From assembly GCA_014905635.1 (NCBI GenBank), contig CM026547.1:4774001-4838000 (forward strand): 64,000 nucleotides of DNA, written 5' to 3'. Positions 24,349-36,035 of the stretch are shown here, piece by piece; the first letter of the stretch is position 1, and each line of letters opens with the position of its first letter. A model generated the notes under the pieces. It searched no databases and was not told the origin of the DNA. It saw only the letters and a list, made by a program, of their open reading frames with translations. The position numbers were made by a program, and so were the translations under genes. This DNA comes from Scenedesmus sp. PABB004. Its lineage: Eukaryota.

Positions 24349-26525
24349 TCACGCCACGGCATCGTCGGGGAAGGGTCGCAGCACGACCTCCTTGATGTCC
24401 GGGAACGCGTCGCGCACCGCCGCGGTCACGCCCTTGCCGATCGCGTCGGGGCCGCGGTATTGCAGCACCGCGACGCCGCCGCCGACGCTCGCGCACTCGA
24501 CCGCGCCGCCGAGCCCTGCGACCGCGGAGCGCAGCATGCCGAGGTGGAGGTTGACGCCGTCGACGTCGGCCGCGGGCCGGGCGCCGCTGTCGACCTGGAC
24601 CACGTCCACCACCTGCGCCCCAAACACCGCGCGCAGCTGGCGCTCGATGCCCATCTTGAGCGTCGCGCTGCTGCTCGCGCAGCTGCTGCACGCGCCCTGC
24701 GCGCATGCGACGCCCGGCGGCCGCGGCGGCGGGCGGCGGGCGGCGGGCGGCGTGTGGGCGCGCGGCGCGGCCCCCCGGGCGCTCGCCTCCCTCCTCCCCC
24801 GCCCCCCCCCCCCCCCCGCCGCCGCCGGCGCGCCCGCACCTGCAGCGCGACCGCGACGATGCCGTCCTCCACGCCCACCACGCTCACGTCGCCGCCGTCG
24901 GCCAGCAAGTACGGCCGCACCTCCTCCAGCGCCGCGTCCACCGCCTCGACCGTCATCGCCGGCGGGCCGCCGCCGCCCTGCGCGGCGCGGCGGGCCGCCA
25001 GTCAGGGCCGCACCCCTCCGCGGCGCGCGCGTGCAGCGCCATGGCGCGCGGGGCACCTGCGCCGCGCCCCCGCACGCCCCCCCCCCCCCACGCAGCCCCT
25101 CATGAGCTCGCCTCGTCGTGCGCAGCCGCCTCGCCGACCTTGCGGTGCACGCCGGGCTGCGCAAACGGGCTGACCACGGGCCCGCCGCCCGGCCCCGCCG
25201 CCGCGGCCGCGACCGCGAGCTCCATCTCCTGCGCGCCCAGCTGGCGCCCGCCCAGGCGCCCGCCGCCCGCCTCGACCGCCTCGTCCAGCGTCTCCTGCGC
25301 GGCGCACACGCGCCGGGGGGGGGGTGCATTGGCGGGGGCGGGGCCGACGCGGGGGGCAGGCGGGGGAGCGGCGGTGACGCGCGCTGCATGGGCCGCGCCT
25401 GCGTCTGCCCCGACACCACGGCGCTCCAGTTGTCGCCGCTCACGGCCGCCAGCAGCGCGAGGCGGCGCCGCTCCGCGTCCACGTCGGCGTCCTCGTCGTC
25501 GTGCAGGCTCTCGCCCTGGCGGCCCCGGGCGGGGCGGGGGCGCGGCGGCGGCGGCGGGTCGGGGGCAGCGGCGCGGCGCCGCGCTCCGAATGTTCATCCC
25601 CTCCCCCCCCCCCCACACACACACACGCACCACATCACCAAACACACACCACACACGCACACGCACACGCCGCGCACCATGGCCTTGCGCAGCTTGAGCT
25701 TCTTCTCCTCATACGCCTCGCGCTCCGCGTCGCTGAGCAGGCTCACGTCCAGCCCCTCCTCGCTCGCCGCGCCGCCCCAGAGCTCGGCCTCGGCGCCGTT
25801 GCCCGGCGGCGGCGCGCCCGCCTCGGCCAGCCACGCCGCGACCTGCGCCTCCATCGCCGCGCGCGTCGCCATGGCGCGGTTGGCAAACACCATCGGACGC
25901 ACCCACGCGACGCGCTCGCCGCCCAGCCGCGCGAGGTGGCCCTGCGCGCGGCGGGTCGCGCGCGGCGGCGGCGACGGCGGCGGCAGCGCACGGGTCAATG
26001 GCGCGCGCCGGGCACGCCACCCCTCGCACCGCGCCACGCTGCAGCGCGCTGCGCCGCGCCGCGCGCCCGCGCCCCCGCGCCGCGCTGCGGCACCTTGATG
26101 GCGAGCACCATGTTGCGGCTGTAGCCGACGTACTGCAGCGCGCGCGCCGCGTCGAGCACGGCGTACACGCCCAGCGGCTTCTCGCCGATGCGGCTCGCGA
26201 GGTAGTCGTCCACGCGCAGCAGCGCGCTGCCGTCGTCCTCGCCCTTGCGGAACTCGTACCGCGCCGCGCTGTGCGCCGCCGCGGCGTCGCCCTCGCCGTA
26301 GAGCAGGCCGTGCAGGCCCTTGTGGCCCTCCGGCACCGCCGCGTCCGTCACGGGCGCCGGCGCGCTCGCCGGCAGCGGCGGCGCAGCCGCCGCCGCCGCT
26401 GCCGGCGAGGCGTCCGCCTCGGCCGCGCGCGCCTGCAGCGGGCAGCGACGCGGGAGGGCGCTGCGCGGGCGCGATCCCGGCGCCCTCACGATCCCGGGCG
26501 GCTGTCGGAGGTGCAGGCTCGCCAT
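24349..26525 (-). CDS. NFU1: Plastid NFU-type Fe-S carrier with N-terminal GIY-YIG-like domain; multi-exon
   Basis: Transit peptide; GVYAVLD...LQYVGYSRN (GIY-YIG); TVEAVDAALEEVRPYLLADGGDV..LQGACSSCASSSATLKMGIE (NifU CxxC); second, degenerate NifU repeat. Confidence 0.88.
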
Positions 26526-26810
26526 CGCCGAGCTCCTGCGGCCTGGTTGGGCGCCGGGTGGGGACGGCAGCTTGAGCGTTGCGGAGCGCAGTGGGGGCCC
26601 GGAATGCGTGGCGTTGGATGGGCGCAGATCCTGACCTTACGCCGCGTGCAGCGGCGGCGGGGCTTTGGCTGCAGCGCCGCCGCAGCGCGCCCTGACCTCC
26701 CCGTACGCGCCGAGACGGCCGTGCGTTCAGGCGGCGCCCAGTGCGCTTCAACGCGCCCGCTGGCGCAGCGCTGCAGCCGCCGCCGAGCGGCGGCGCGCGG
26801 CGGCGCGCGA

Positions 26811-28240
26811 ATGGCCGCGGCGCCCGCCGCCGCGCTCCTGGTCGTCCTCGCGGGCCTGCCGGGCGCGGGGAAGACGGGCGTCGCCGCGCTGCTGCAGGAA
26901 GCCGCGCAGGAGCACGCGGGTGCGCCGCGGCGGCGGCCGAGCGCTGCTGCCGTCGCTGGCGCCGCTGGTCACGCGCGGGCGGGCCGCCACGCAGTGGCCA
27001 TCCGCCGGCTGTGCTTGGACGAGCTGCAGCAGTCAGCCAGCGGTGCAGGCGCGTTCAGCCCAGACGCCTGGCAGGTGCGCGGGGTCTGGCGGCCGACGCC
27101 GCGCCGGCACCCGCGGTGCCGCAACCTTCTCCCCGCGGCGCCCCCGCAGGCGAGCCGGCGGCAGCTGGTCCAGGCGGCGGGCGACGCGCTGGCGCAGCAC
27201 GCGCGCGCGCGCCCGCAACAGCAGGCGCCGCAGCAGCGCCAGCTGGTCGTGGTCGTGGACGACGTGCACCACCTGCGCAGCATGCGCCACGAGCTCGCGC
27301 AGCTGGCGAGGGCACGTGAGCGCGCCAGGGCGACGCGCCGCGGCGCGCGCCCAGCGCGCGCAGCACTGCGCGGCGGCGGCTGACGCAGCGTGCTTCACCC
27401 TGGCCCGCCCCGTGCCCCTGCAGACGCCGCGGCGTTCATGCAAGTGTTCCTGGACTGCCCGCTCGTGCGGCGCGCCGCGCCGCGCAGCAGGCCGCAGCAC
27501 GCGCCGTCCGAGCGGGACGCCGCACGCACCGCGAGCGCCTCACCCCACGCGCCGCGCCTGCCCACCTGCAGGAGCTCGCGCTGCAGCGCAACCGCGCGCG
27601 TGTCGGCGCCGAGCGGGTGCCGGACGCGGTGCTGGCCCGCCTCGCCACGGCGTTCGAGCCGCCCGCGGCCGACGCGCGCGCGTGGGAGGCGCAGCACACG
27701 CTCACGCTGGCAGCCGGCGGCGCGGCGCTGGAGCCAGCGTGGTGCGCGCGGCGCGACACCTCGGCTGTGCCGTGCTGCGGCGAGGCGCCGCGGCCGCCGA
27801 GCACGCCGCCGCCGCCGCCCCGCAGGCTCTGGGCGCAGGTGCTGCGCCACTGGGGCGGCCCGCTGCCGGCGCCGCCCTCGGAGCAGGAGCTCGCGGCGCG
27901 CCGCGAGGCGGGCACGGCCGCCAATGCCGCCAGCGCGGCGCACGGCTTCGACCTGCGCACGCGCAGCGCGCTCAGCGCTGCGCTGGCGCACCTGCCGCCG
28001 GTGAGCGCACGGGCGGCGCCGGCCGCGGCGCACGCACCTGGGCAGCTGCGCTCGCCGGCTGCCCCGTTGGCCGACTGCGCCCATCTGCCCCGGCCGCAGG
28101 ACGGCCGCGCCGCCGCCGCGGCGCGCCTGAACGCCGCGCGCAAGCAGCTGCTGGGGCGGCTGCGGGCCGCGCCCGGCGACGGCGAGCTAGCGCAGGAGCT
28201 GCTGGACGCGTTTGCCGCAGAGTGCGCCGGCGTGGGCTGA
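26811..28240 (+). CDS. PSTK: L-seryl-tRNA(Sec) kinase; multi-exon
   Basis: LVVLAGLPGAGKT, VVVVDDVHHLRSMRHELAQLAR, FMQVFLDCP..LALQRNRAR..VPDAVL..FEPP..WE, ANAASAAHGFDLRTR. Confidence 0.85.
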
Positions 28241-28402
28241 AAGAGGCGTCGAGGCGAGGCGCAGCGAAAGAGGGGCGTTCAACAAAACTCCCAGGCGGCC
28301 TGCCCGGCGGCTGCCTCGCGGCAGCGCGCCCCGGCTGGGCTCCCCGACGCCAGCGACAAAAACAACAGGCGCGTCGCTGCCGCGGCGGCGGCGACGGCGC
28401 GG

Positions 28403-28774
28403 TCACGCGACCAGCTCCGCCTTCTTGCCCGTCTTGGCGACGGTGGCGAGCACGGCCTCCGGCGTGAGCGCGGCGCCGCGCACCACCACGCGCTGCTGCT
28501 CCAGGCTCACGTCGAAGCTCTCCACGCCCTCCATCTTCTTCAGCACGCGCTCCACGGCGCCGGAGCAGCCCGAGCAGGCCATCTCGACCTTGAGCACCAC
28601 CTGCGCAGCAGCAGCGGCGGCGGCGCGCCGCGCGGGCGCCGTGGGCGCCCGCGGCAGCGGCAGCAGCGGACCCGCACCCGCGGCGTCCGTGACGGCCCCA
28701 GGGCACCGCAGCCGGCGGCGCGCTGGGGCGTCGGCGGGCGACGCGCATGTGCAGCGGCGCCACACCTCCGGCAT
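28403..28774 (-). CDS. ATX1: Copper chaperone ATX1 (HMA domain); 2 exons
   Basis: [50 protein letters not shown] (MxCxxC and KTGK). Confidence 0.93.
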   Translation of the reverse strand: MPEVWRRCTCASPADAPARRRLRCPGAVTDAAGAGPLLPLPRAPTAPARRAAAAAAAQVVLKVEMACSGCSGAVERVLKKMEGVESFDVSLEQQRVVVRGAALTPEAVLATVAKTGKKAELVA

Positions 28775-29580
28775 CGTGCAGTGCGTTCTGCCTGGGCGCG
28801 CTGGTGAGCGGTGGCGCCGAGTCGCGCTGCTGGAGCGTGCGAGGGCGCTCCGATCGGGCGTGTGGCGGCAGCAGGGCGCCGGCGGCGCGGCGCGCAGGTA
28901 CAGCGGTGCGGGGACCGAGAGAGCGCGAGAGGGCGAGAGGGCGTGCGTGCGGCTGACGGGGAGACTGACGACTGCCGGCGGAGCGTGGCTTTTGATTGGG
29001 CGCGGCTTTGGGCGCGGAGCCGCCGGCAGGCGCTCGGCAGGCGCCGCCGACCCGCCGCGTGGCCGCTGCGCCGCTGCCGCCTGCGGGCGCGCTGCCAGCT
29101 GCGCCCCCGCTGCCGACGGGGCAGCAGCACGCGCCTCCAGCCGTCAGCGGCTGCGCCACGCGCCGGCGGCCGCGGTCCGCGCGGCGCACCCCGCGCCCGC
29201 GCCGGCCGCGCCGCCCACGCGGGCCGCGGATCCCGCCGCCGCGCACCTGGTTGGAATGAGGCGGCCCGCATTGCTAACGCCGGCAGCTTAATGCGCGCCA
29301 GGCGGCGGCCAACTCAAAAAATACCGACAGCTTTTCGGTCGCCGCATTTTGCATTCCAACCAGCTTTCGGCGCCCCGCCCCGCCCGCACTCCGCCTGCCT
29401 CTCCCACCGGCGCATTTCCGCGCAGGCGCCGCGCAGCTCGCGAGCTCGGGCGGGGCAGCTCGCGCTCAACAACCGCCGCCCGCGCGCCGCGCCTCCCCCC
29501 CTGGCCGCCGGGCCCCTGCCGGGCCACGGGCGCATGCGGGGCTGCCCCTGACAAGCGCCCAGACCCGGGACCAGGGCGCC

Positions 29581-31027
29581 ATGGCGTCAGCCGCAGCCGC
29601 CGCAGCCGGGGCGCCGCCGCCGCGGAGCAGCAGCTCGTGCGGCGATGCGTGGGAGGAGCAGCTGTCGGCCTGCATGCTCATGGCGCAGGCGGCGCTGCAC
29701 GTGAAAAACTCGGCGCTGGAGACGCTGGCCAGCGAGCTGGCGGCGCTGCAGAGCGAGAACGACCAGCTCGTCGCGCTCGCGGCGGCAAAGGGGGTGCGCG
29801 GCGCGCGACCCATTCCGACGCGCGCGCGAGCGGGCGACGCGGCGCGGCGCGGGCGGCCCCGCTCGGCCGGGCGGCCCTGCCGTGCTGACCGCCGCCGCCG
29901 CCGCCGCCGCCGCCGCGGCGGCGCAGGGCGACCAGGTGCCCTCGCTGCTGCGCTCGCTGGCGGCGGCGCGCGCCGAGGCGCGGCGCGCGCAGGCCGAGGC
30001 GGACGCGCTGGGGTGCCGCCTGAGCGAGGAGGTGGAGCTGCGCGCCGACATCGAGCGCGAGCTCGAGGACACCGCGGCCGCGGCGACGGAGCTGTGGGAG
30101 AGCATGACGCGGCTCTACCCCGCCGCGCCCGACACCGCGGGCGGCGGCAGCAGCCAGGCGGAGAGCGTGTCGGCGGACGAGTGGGGCACGCCGCCCGGCG
30201 CCGCGAGCCCGCTGCGCCCCGACGCGGACGCCGCGCCGCAGGCCAGCCCCGCGGCCGTGCCGCTCGCCGAGGCGGCCGCCGCGGCCGCGGCCGCGCGCGC
30301 CGCGGCGGCGGCCGCGCCGCGCCCGCGCACGCCGCCGGGGGCGCCGGCGCGGCGCCTGAGACGCGCGGCGCGCCGGGCGTGTCTGCCGGCATTCTCACGC
30401 CGCTGGAGAACAAGCTCACCTCGCTCTCAAACAAGCTCGTGGTGCGCGCGGCGCCGCCTGGCCGTTGCGCGTTGGCGCAACGGGCCGCGGCGCGCGCCTG
30501 CGCCGCGCCCGCCGCGCGGCCGCGCCGCCCAGCGCCCCAACGCGTGCGCCGCCGCGCCGCAGGGCCTGGTGTCCTGGCTGGACGCGCGCGACGGCGCGTC
30601 GCCCGCCTCGACGCCGCGCAGCGCGCTGGGCACGCCGCGCTCGCGCGCCAGCCCCGCGCCAGGCAGCGGCGGCAGCGGCGGCGCGTCCGGCGGCGCGCGG
30701 ACGCTTGGGCGGCCGAGCCCGCGCGTGGCGCCGCTGCCGCTCGGCCTCTGCAGCCCGGCGGGCGGCGCGGCCGCGCCCTCGGGCGGCCTGGGCAGCCCGC
30801 TGGAGGGGGGCAGCCCCGACGGGGCGCGCGTGCGCGCCCGGCCCGCCCGCGCCAGCCCGCGCATCAGCCCCCGCCTCATGACCACCCTCGCCGCGGCGGT
30901 GGCGGCCGCCGCAGACGGCAAGGCCGCCGCGGGCAGGCCCGGCGGCGACGCGGTGCGCGCCGCCGCGCTCGACGTGGCGCGCCCACGCGACGCGGCGGGC
31001 AGCCCGGGCCCCCGCAACGGGCGGTGA
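29581..31027 (+). CDS. Hypothetical coiled-coil protein; multi-exon
   Basis: Heptad-rich exons (VKNSALETLASELAALQSENDQL; LSEEVELRADIERELED) bounded by canonical splice sites; TGTAA at 31237-31241. Confidence 0.6.
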
Positions 31028-31344
31028 CCTGGCGCGTGCGCGGGTCACGAGCGCCCTCGCGGCGTGGCCGCACTGTGCAGTGAGTGGGGTGTGCGCGGGC
31101 AGGGGCAAGGATGGGAGGGGGTGCTGGGCGCTGCTCTGGAGGGGGTACTGGGTCTCGGGCCGCACAGTCTGGGCCGCGCAGACCGCGGCCGAGTTTGTTG
31201 CTCTCACGACAGCTGCGGCGCGGCGGCTGCGGGGGCTGTAACCTGCTGCACTGCGCCCGCGCCGCGCGCCCGCCAGGACAGGCGTGCGCCCGGTTACATG
31301 CGGCCGCGGCGCCGCAGCAGTGGCGCACGCGCTCAGCAACGCGC

Positions 31345-34300
31345 TCAGAACGCGGTGCGGCTGCGCACGGCGGCGGTCATGCGGTCGATCACGTCGCCCA
31401 CGGGCAGCGCGCCGAGGTCTGCGCCGCCGTACAGGCGCACCGACAGGCTGCCGGCCTCGGCCTCCTTGGCGCCGATGACGGCCATGACCGGCGTCTTGGC
31501 GCGCTCCGCGGTGCGGACCATCTTGGCGATCGACGCGCGCTCCATGACCTGCACGCGCAGGCCAGCGCCCCGCATGCGCGACGCAACCTGCGCGGCGGCG
31601 GCCGGCGGCCGGCGGCCGGGCGCGGGGCGGAGCGGTCGGTGGCCGCGCGAGCGGCGGCGGCGGCGGCGCGGGCGCGCGCGGCGCAGGGCGCAGCAGGCGC
31701 GGCGCGGGGCGTGCTGTGCGCGCCGCGCGCCTCGTTGGCGTAGGGCACGACCGCGTCGTTGACCGGCATCAGCCGCGCGTGCACGGGCGCGAGCCAGAGC
31801 GGGAAGGCGCCCGCGTAGTTCTCGACCAGGATGCCGAAGAAGCGCTCGATGCTGCCCAGGATGGCGCGGTGGATCATGATCGGGCGCTGCTTCGCCGCGC
31901 CCGCGTCGGTGTAGGTCATGTCAAACCTGGCCGCGCCGCCGCGCCGCCGCGCACACGCCGCGGGGCGACGGGGCGCGCTGATGAGCAGGGCGCCCGCGGC
32001 GGCGCGGCGCGGCGCGCGGGCGGCGGCGGCGCGGGCGCGCGGGCGGCGGCGGCGCGGCGGCGGCGCGCCGCGTGGTCACCGCTGCGGGAGGTTGAAGTCG
32101 AGCTGGATCGTGGAGCACTGCCACTTGCGCCCGATCGCGTCCTGGATCTTGATGTCGATCTTGGGGCCATAAAAGGCGCCGCCGCCCTCGTCGACGACGT
32201 AGGGCCAGCCCTTGGCGCCCAGAGCCTTGACCAGCGCGGCCTCGGCGGTGTCCCAGATCTCGTCGCCGCCGACGTGCTTCTCCGGCCGCGTGGAGAGGTT
32301 GACCTCGTACTGCGTGAACCCAAACGCGCTCAGCACCTCCTGCACACCCACAGCAGCAGCGCCGGCCGCGGCGGCGGCGGCGGCGGCGCGGGGGCCAGGG
32401 GGTGAGCGCATGCGCGGACCGCGGGGCGCCCGTGCCGCGCGCCGCCGCGCCGCCGCGCCGCGCCGCGCCGCGCCACGCCGTGCCGCGTGTGGGCACGCCC
32501 CCCCGGCGCGCACCTCCACGAGGTCCAGCACGCCGCGGATCTCTCCCTCGATCTGGTCCGGCAGGCAGAAGATGTGCGCGTCGTCCTGCGTGAAGCCGCG
32601 CACGCGGAACAGGCCGTGCATGGTCCCGCTGCGCTCGTACCTGCGCGCAGCGCGGCGGCGGGGGCGGGGTGGGGCGCGGCGCGGCGGCGGGGCCGCACGG
32701 CACTGCGTGCCGCCGCGTGCTGCCGCTGCGTGCTGGCGCGTGCGGCGCCGCGGTGCGCCGCACCGGTAGACGGTGCCGAGCTCTGCCCAGCGGAGCGGGA
32801 GGTCGCGGTAGGAGTAGTGGCCGTCGTTGAACATCGCGACGTGGAAGGGGCAGTTCATGGGCTTGAGCTGGTACGCCTCCTCCTCGACGGTCATGGAGTC
32901 AAACATGCTCTCGCTGTAAAACTCGAGGTGCCCGCTCGTGACCCAGAGGTCGCGCTTGGCGATGTGGGGCGAGTACACGAGGTCGTACCCGCGGCTCAGG
33001 TGCAGGTCCTTCCAGAAGCCCTCCAGCACGTGGCGCACGATCGCGCCCTTGGGGTGCCAGAACACCAGGCCACCGCCTGCGCCGCGGCGGCGGCGGGGCG
33101 GTCAGTCGGCGGCGGCGGCGGCCGCCGCGGCCGCGGCGGCGGGCAGGGCGGCGCCGGCGCCGCGCCACAGCGCCGCCGACGCCGCAGCCAACGCCCTCGC
33201 CCGCGTGCGCGGCGCCTGGGAGCGCATGCGCGGTCTCACCCGCGCTCTCCTGTATGCTGAACAGGTCCAGCTCCGCGCCCAGCTTGCGGTGGTCGCGCCG
33301 CGCCGCCTCGGCCTTGAGCGTCGTGTACGCCGACAGCTGCGCCGCGCTCTCCCAGGCCGTGCCGTAGATGCGCTGCGCGCGTGCGTGGAGGCGGCGCGGG
33401 GCGCGCGGGGCGGCTCAGGGCGGGCGCTGCGCTGCGCGTGCTGCGCGCGCCGTTCCGGGCCGGCGCCGGGCGGGCGCCGGCGGTCAGCACGCGGGGCGGC
33501 GCCGGCGGTCCGCGCCTGCAGCATGGGCTTGGTCTCGTCGCCGCGCCAGTACGCGCCGGCGACGCTCTCCAGCTCAAACGCGTCGGCGGGGATGTCGCCG
33601 GTCGTCTCCACGTGCGGGCCGGCGCAGAGGTCCCACCAGTGCGCGGGGTGGTCGGTCTCACCGATGTGGTAGATCGTGATCGCCGCGGCCGGGTCGCGCG
33701 CGGTGATGGACTCCAGAATCTCCAGCTTGTAGGGCTCGTTGATCGCACGGATGCGCGCCGCCGCCTCCTCCGCGCTCACCTGCGGCGCGGGGGCGGCGTC
33801 GGCGGCGCGCCGCGCGCCCCAGCTGCGCGCGCCGGCTGCGCGCCCCGGCCGCCGCTGCTGGTCCGCCGCACGCCGCCGCCGCCGCGCGCGCGCCCGCTCG
33901 GCCCCGCGGCCGGCCGCACCTCCTCGCGCACGAAGGGGAGCTTCATTTTGATGATCTTCTGCATCTCCTTGCGGATGGCCTTGAGCTCCTTGTCGCTGAG
34001 GGGCGTGGGGAGGTCAAAGTCGTAGTAGAAGCCGCGCTCAATCCAGGGCCCGATCGTGACCTGCGCGTCCTTGTGCAGCCGCTGCACCGCCATCGCCATG
34101 ACGTGCGCGCACTGCACGACGGCAAGCGCGGCACGGCCCAGCAGGCGCGGGCGGGCGGGCGGGCGGCGGCAGCGGGGTGTGGGATGCTGCCGCGGCGGGG
34201 CGCGGCCCACCAGTGCGCCGCGGCGCGCCGCGCCGGGTGACCGGCCCGGCCAGTGCTGAGCGCGCGCCGCGCCCGGGTGCGCGCCGCACAGCCGCCGCGC

Positions 34301-34720
34301 GCCGCGGCGCGGCGCCGCTGAGGAGCCCGGCCGCGCCCGCCCCGTCCCGCGGCCGCGCCGACTCACGCTGTGCCGGATGCGCAGCAGGCGGTCCGACTCG
34401 TCGCTCGTGGGCAGCGGCACGATCTCCGCCGCGCCTGCCTGCGCCGCCGGCGGCGCGGCGGCCTCGGCGGCCTCCACCGCGCCCGCCGCGGCGCGCAGCT
34501 GGAAGATGTTCTTCCCGGCCAGCCGCGGCGCGGCGCTCGACGCGGCGCCGCGCCGCGCCGCCAGCCATGCCGCCGGGGCGGCGGGCGCCAGGGCCTCGCA
34601 CGCGCCCGGCCCCGGGCGCCGGGACAGCGCGGCGGCGGCGGCGCGGCCCAGCAGCCGCGCGGCGGCGCGGGAGGTCATGCGGCTGCTGCTGCTGCCCAGT
34701 GCCGGCGCGTGGGCGCGCAT
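31345..34720 (-). CDS. thrS: Threonyl-tRNA synthetase, organellar; multi-exon
   Basis: [97 protein letters not shown]-terminal targeting peptide. Confidence 0.97.
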
Positions 34721-35305
34721 TGCGGCGCCTCGGGCGAGTCCACGAGCTGCTTGCGAGAGGCGCGCGCCACTCAGGCGCTGCGCATGGCGCGGCTGCCAGG
34801 CGGGGGCGCGAGCACCACACTCTGCTGCTGCGGGGCTGGCGGTGCGCGGGGGCAGACGCTCGGCGCCGCGACTGGCTTCCTGGGACGTGTGAGCGACCCG
34901 CCCGCCAATTGGACTGCTGAGCGGTCGGCGCGCGCAGACCCCGCTCCGCCGCTCCCGCTCCCGCTGCGCCGGTCGCCCCCAGCCCGCTGCCGGCCACGCA
35001 GTCCAGCGGCACCGGGAGCGGCGGGGGCGAGCGACGAGCTCGGCGGCCGCGCGGTCTGGCGGCGGCGGCGGCGTAGCCACGCGCGACCGGTCGCGCGCGG
35101 TGCCACGCCGCGGCCGCGGACGACTGCGGGGGGGGGGGGGGGGGGGGGGTTAAATTACCCGCGCACACGCTGCTCGGTGCGCAGGAACGCACTGTTGTTG
35201 TTGTACACGCGCGCGCGCGACGGCTGCAAACTCAGCCGCGCGCGGCGCGAGCGCGCGCCGCGAGCACGCGCCGCGAGCGCGCCGCGGACCGTCCCGCGCG
35301 CCGCC

Positions 35306-35558
35306 TCACAGCTCGTCCTCGGCGCGCAGGTACTCGCCGACGTCGGCCTGGTGCAGCACGACGATGCCCGACGGCTCCATGCCGCGCGCCTCGTTGGTCG
35401 ACTTGGCGGTGAGGCCGAAGCCGAGCGGGATGTCGGCCATCGAGTACACCACGACGCCGGCGTACGCGGGCGTGCTCTCGGTGATGCGCCCAAGGCCCGA
35501 CTTGAGCACGTGGTTGCCGTACAGGTACTGCATCTCCGCCGACGGCTTCAGCCACACC
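35306..35558 (-). CDS. NIP7: NIP7 60S biogenesis factor, C-terminal PUA exon only (N-terminal exons not found)
   Basis: [63 protein letters not shown]; begins after a CGCAG acceptor. Confidence 0.88.
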
Positions 35559-35716
35559 TGCGGCGCCAGCGAGGGAGGGGCGCGAGCGAGCGAGCGGGCG
35601 GTGGGCGGCGCGGCGCGGCGCGGCACGGCGGCAACAGGCGGCGGGCCAGCCCACACACGCGCGCACGGCAATGGCAACGTCAACGGCAGGCGCGCCACCG
35701 GCGGCGGCAGCGCGCG

Positions 35717-35808
35717 GCGGCGCCCTCGGCTGGAGAAAGATGCAGTCGTTCACGGGTGAGTCAGGTTGAAGACTGAAGGTGATCTGGTTCTTCGTCATCG
35801 GGCGCCGC
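35717..35808 (-). ncRNA. Box C/D snoRNA with two guides antisense to LSU rRNA
   Basis: Perfect 9-bp terminal stem GCGGCGCCC/GGGCGCCGC; C box AUGACGA (35792-98); D' CUGA (35761-64); C'-like GUGAACGA; D box CCGA (35726-29). Guides are complementary to UUGAAGACUGAAG and UGGAGAAAG, recalled as adjacent in LSU rRNA. Confidence 0.8.
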
Positions 35809-35827
35809 GCCGCCCGCTGCACGCGGC

Positions 35828-36035
35828 CGCCAAAATTCGCCCTCCCGCGGCGCCGCCCGGCCAAAACCCGGCCCCGCCCGGCCAAAACCCGGCCCCGCCC
35901 CGCCAAAATTCGCCCTCCCGCGGCGCCGCCCGGCCAAAACCCGGCCCCGCCCGGCCAAAACCCGGCCCCGCCCGGCCAAAACCCGGCCCCGCCCCGCCAA
36001 AATTCGCCCTCCCGCGGCGCCGCCCGGCCAAAACC
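35828..36035 (+). repeat. Compound minisatellite with A (31 bp) and B (21 bp) units sharing a GCCAAAA core, order ABBABBBA
   Basis: A = cgccaaaattcgccctcccgcggcgccgccc; B = ggccaaaacccggccccgccc. Confidence 0.9.

Noticed and set aside
26095..26260. GIY-YIG as a homing endonuclease or Penelope-like retroelement
   Set aside because: It is in frame with a transit peptide and NFU exons; there is no reverse transcriptase or self-splicing intron nearby
28898..28901. GTAC copper-response core upstream of ATX1
   Set aside because: A single 4-mer is expected by chance; no cluster is present
35828..36035. CRISPR-like regularly spaced repeats
   Set aside because: No unique spacers, no cas genes and a eukaryotic context; it is a minisatellite
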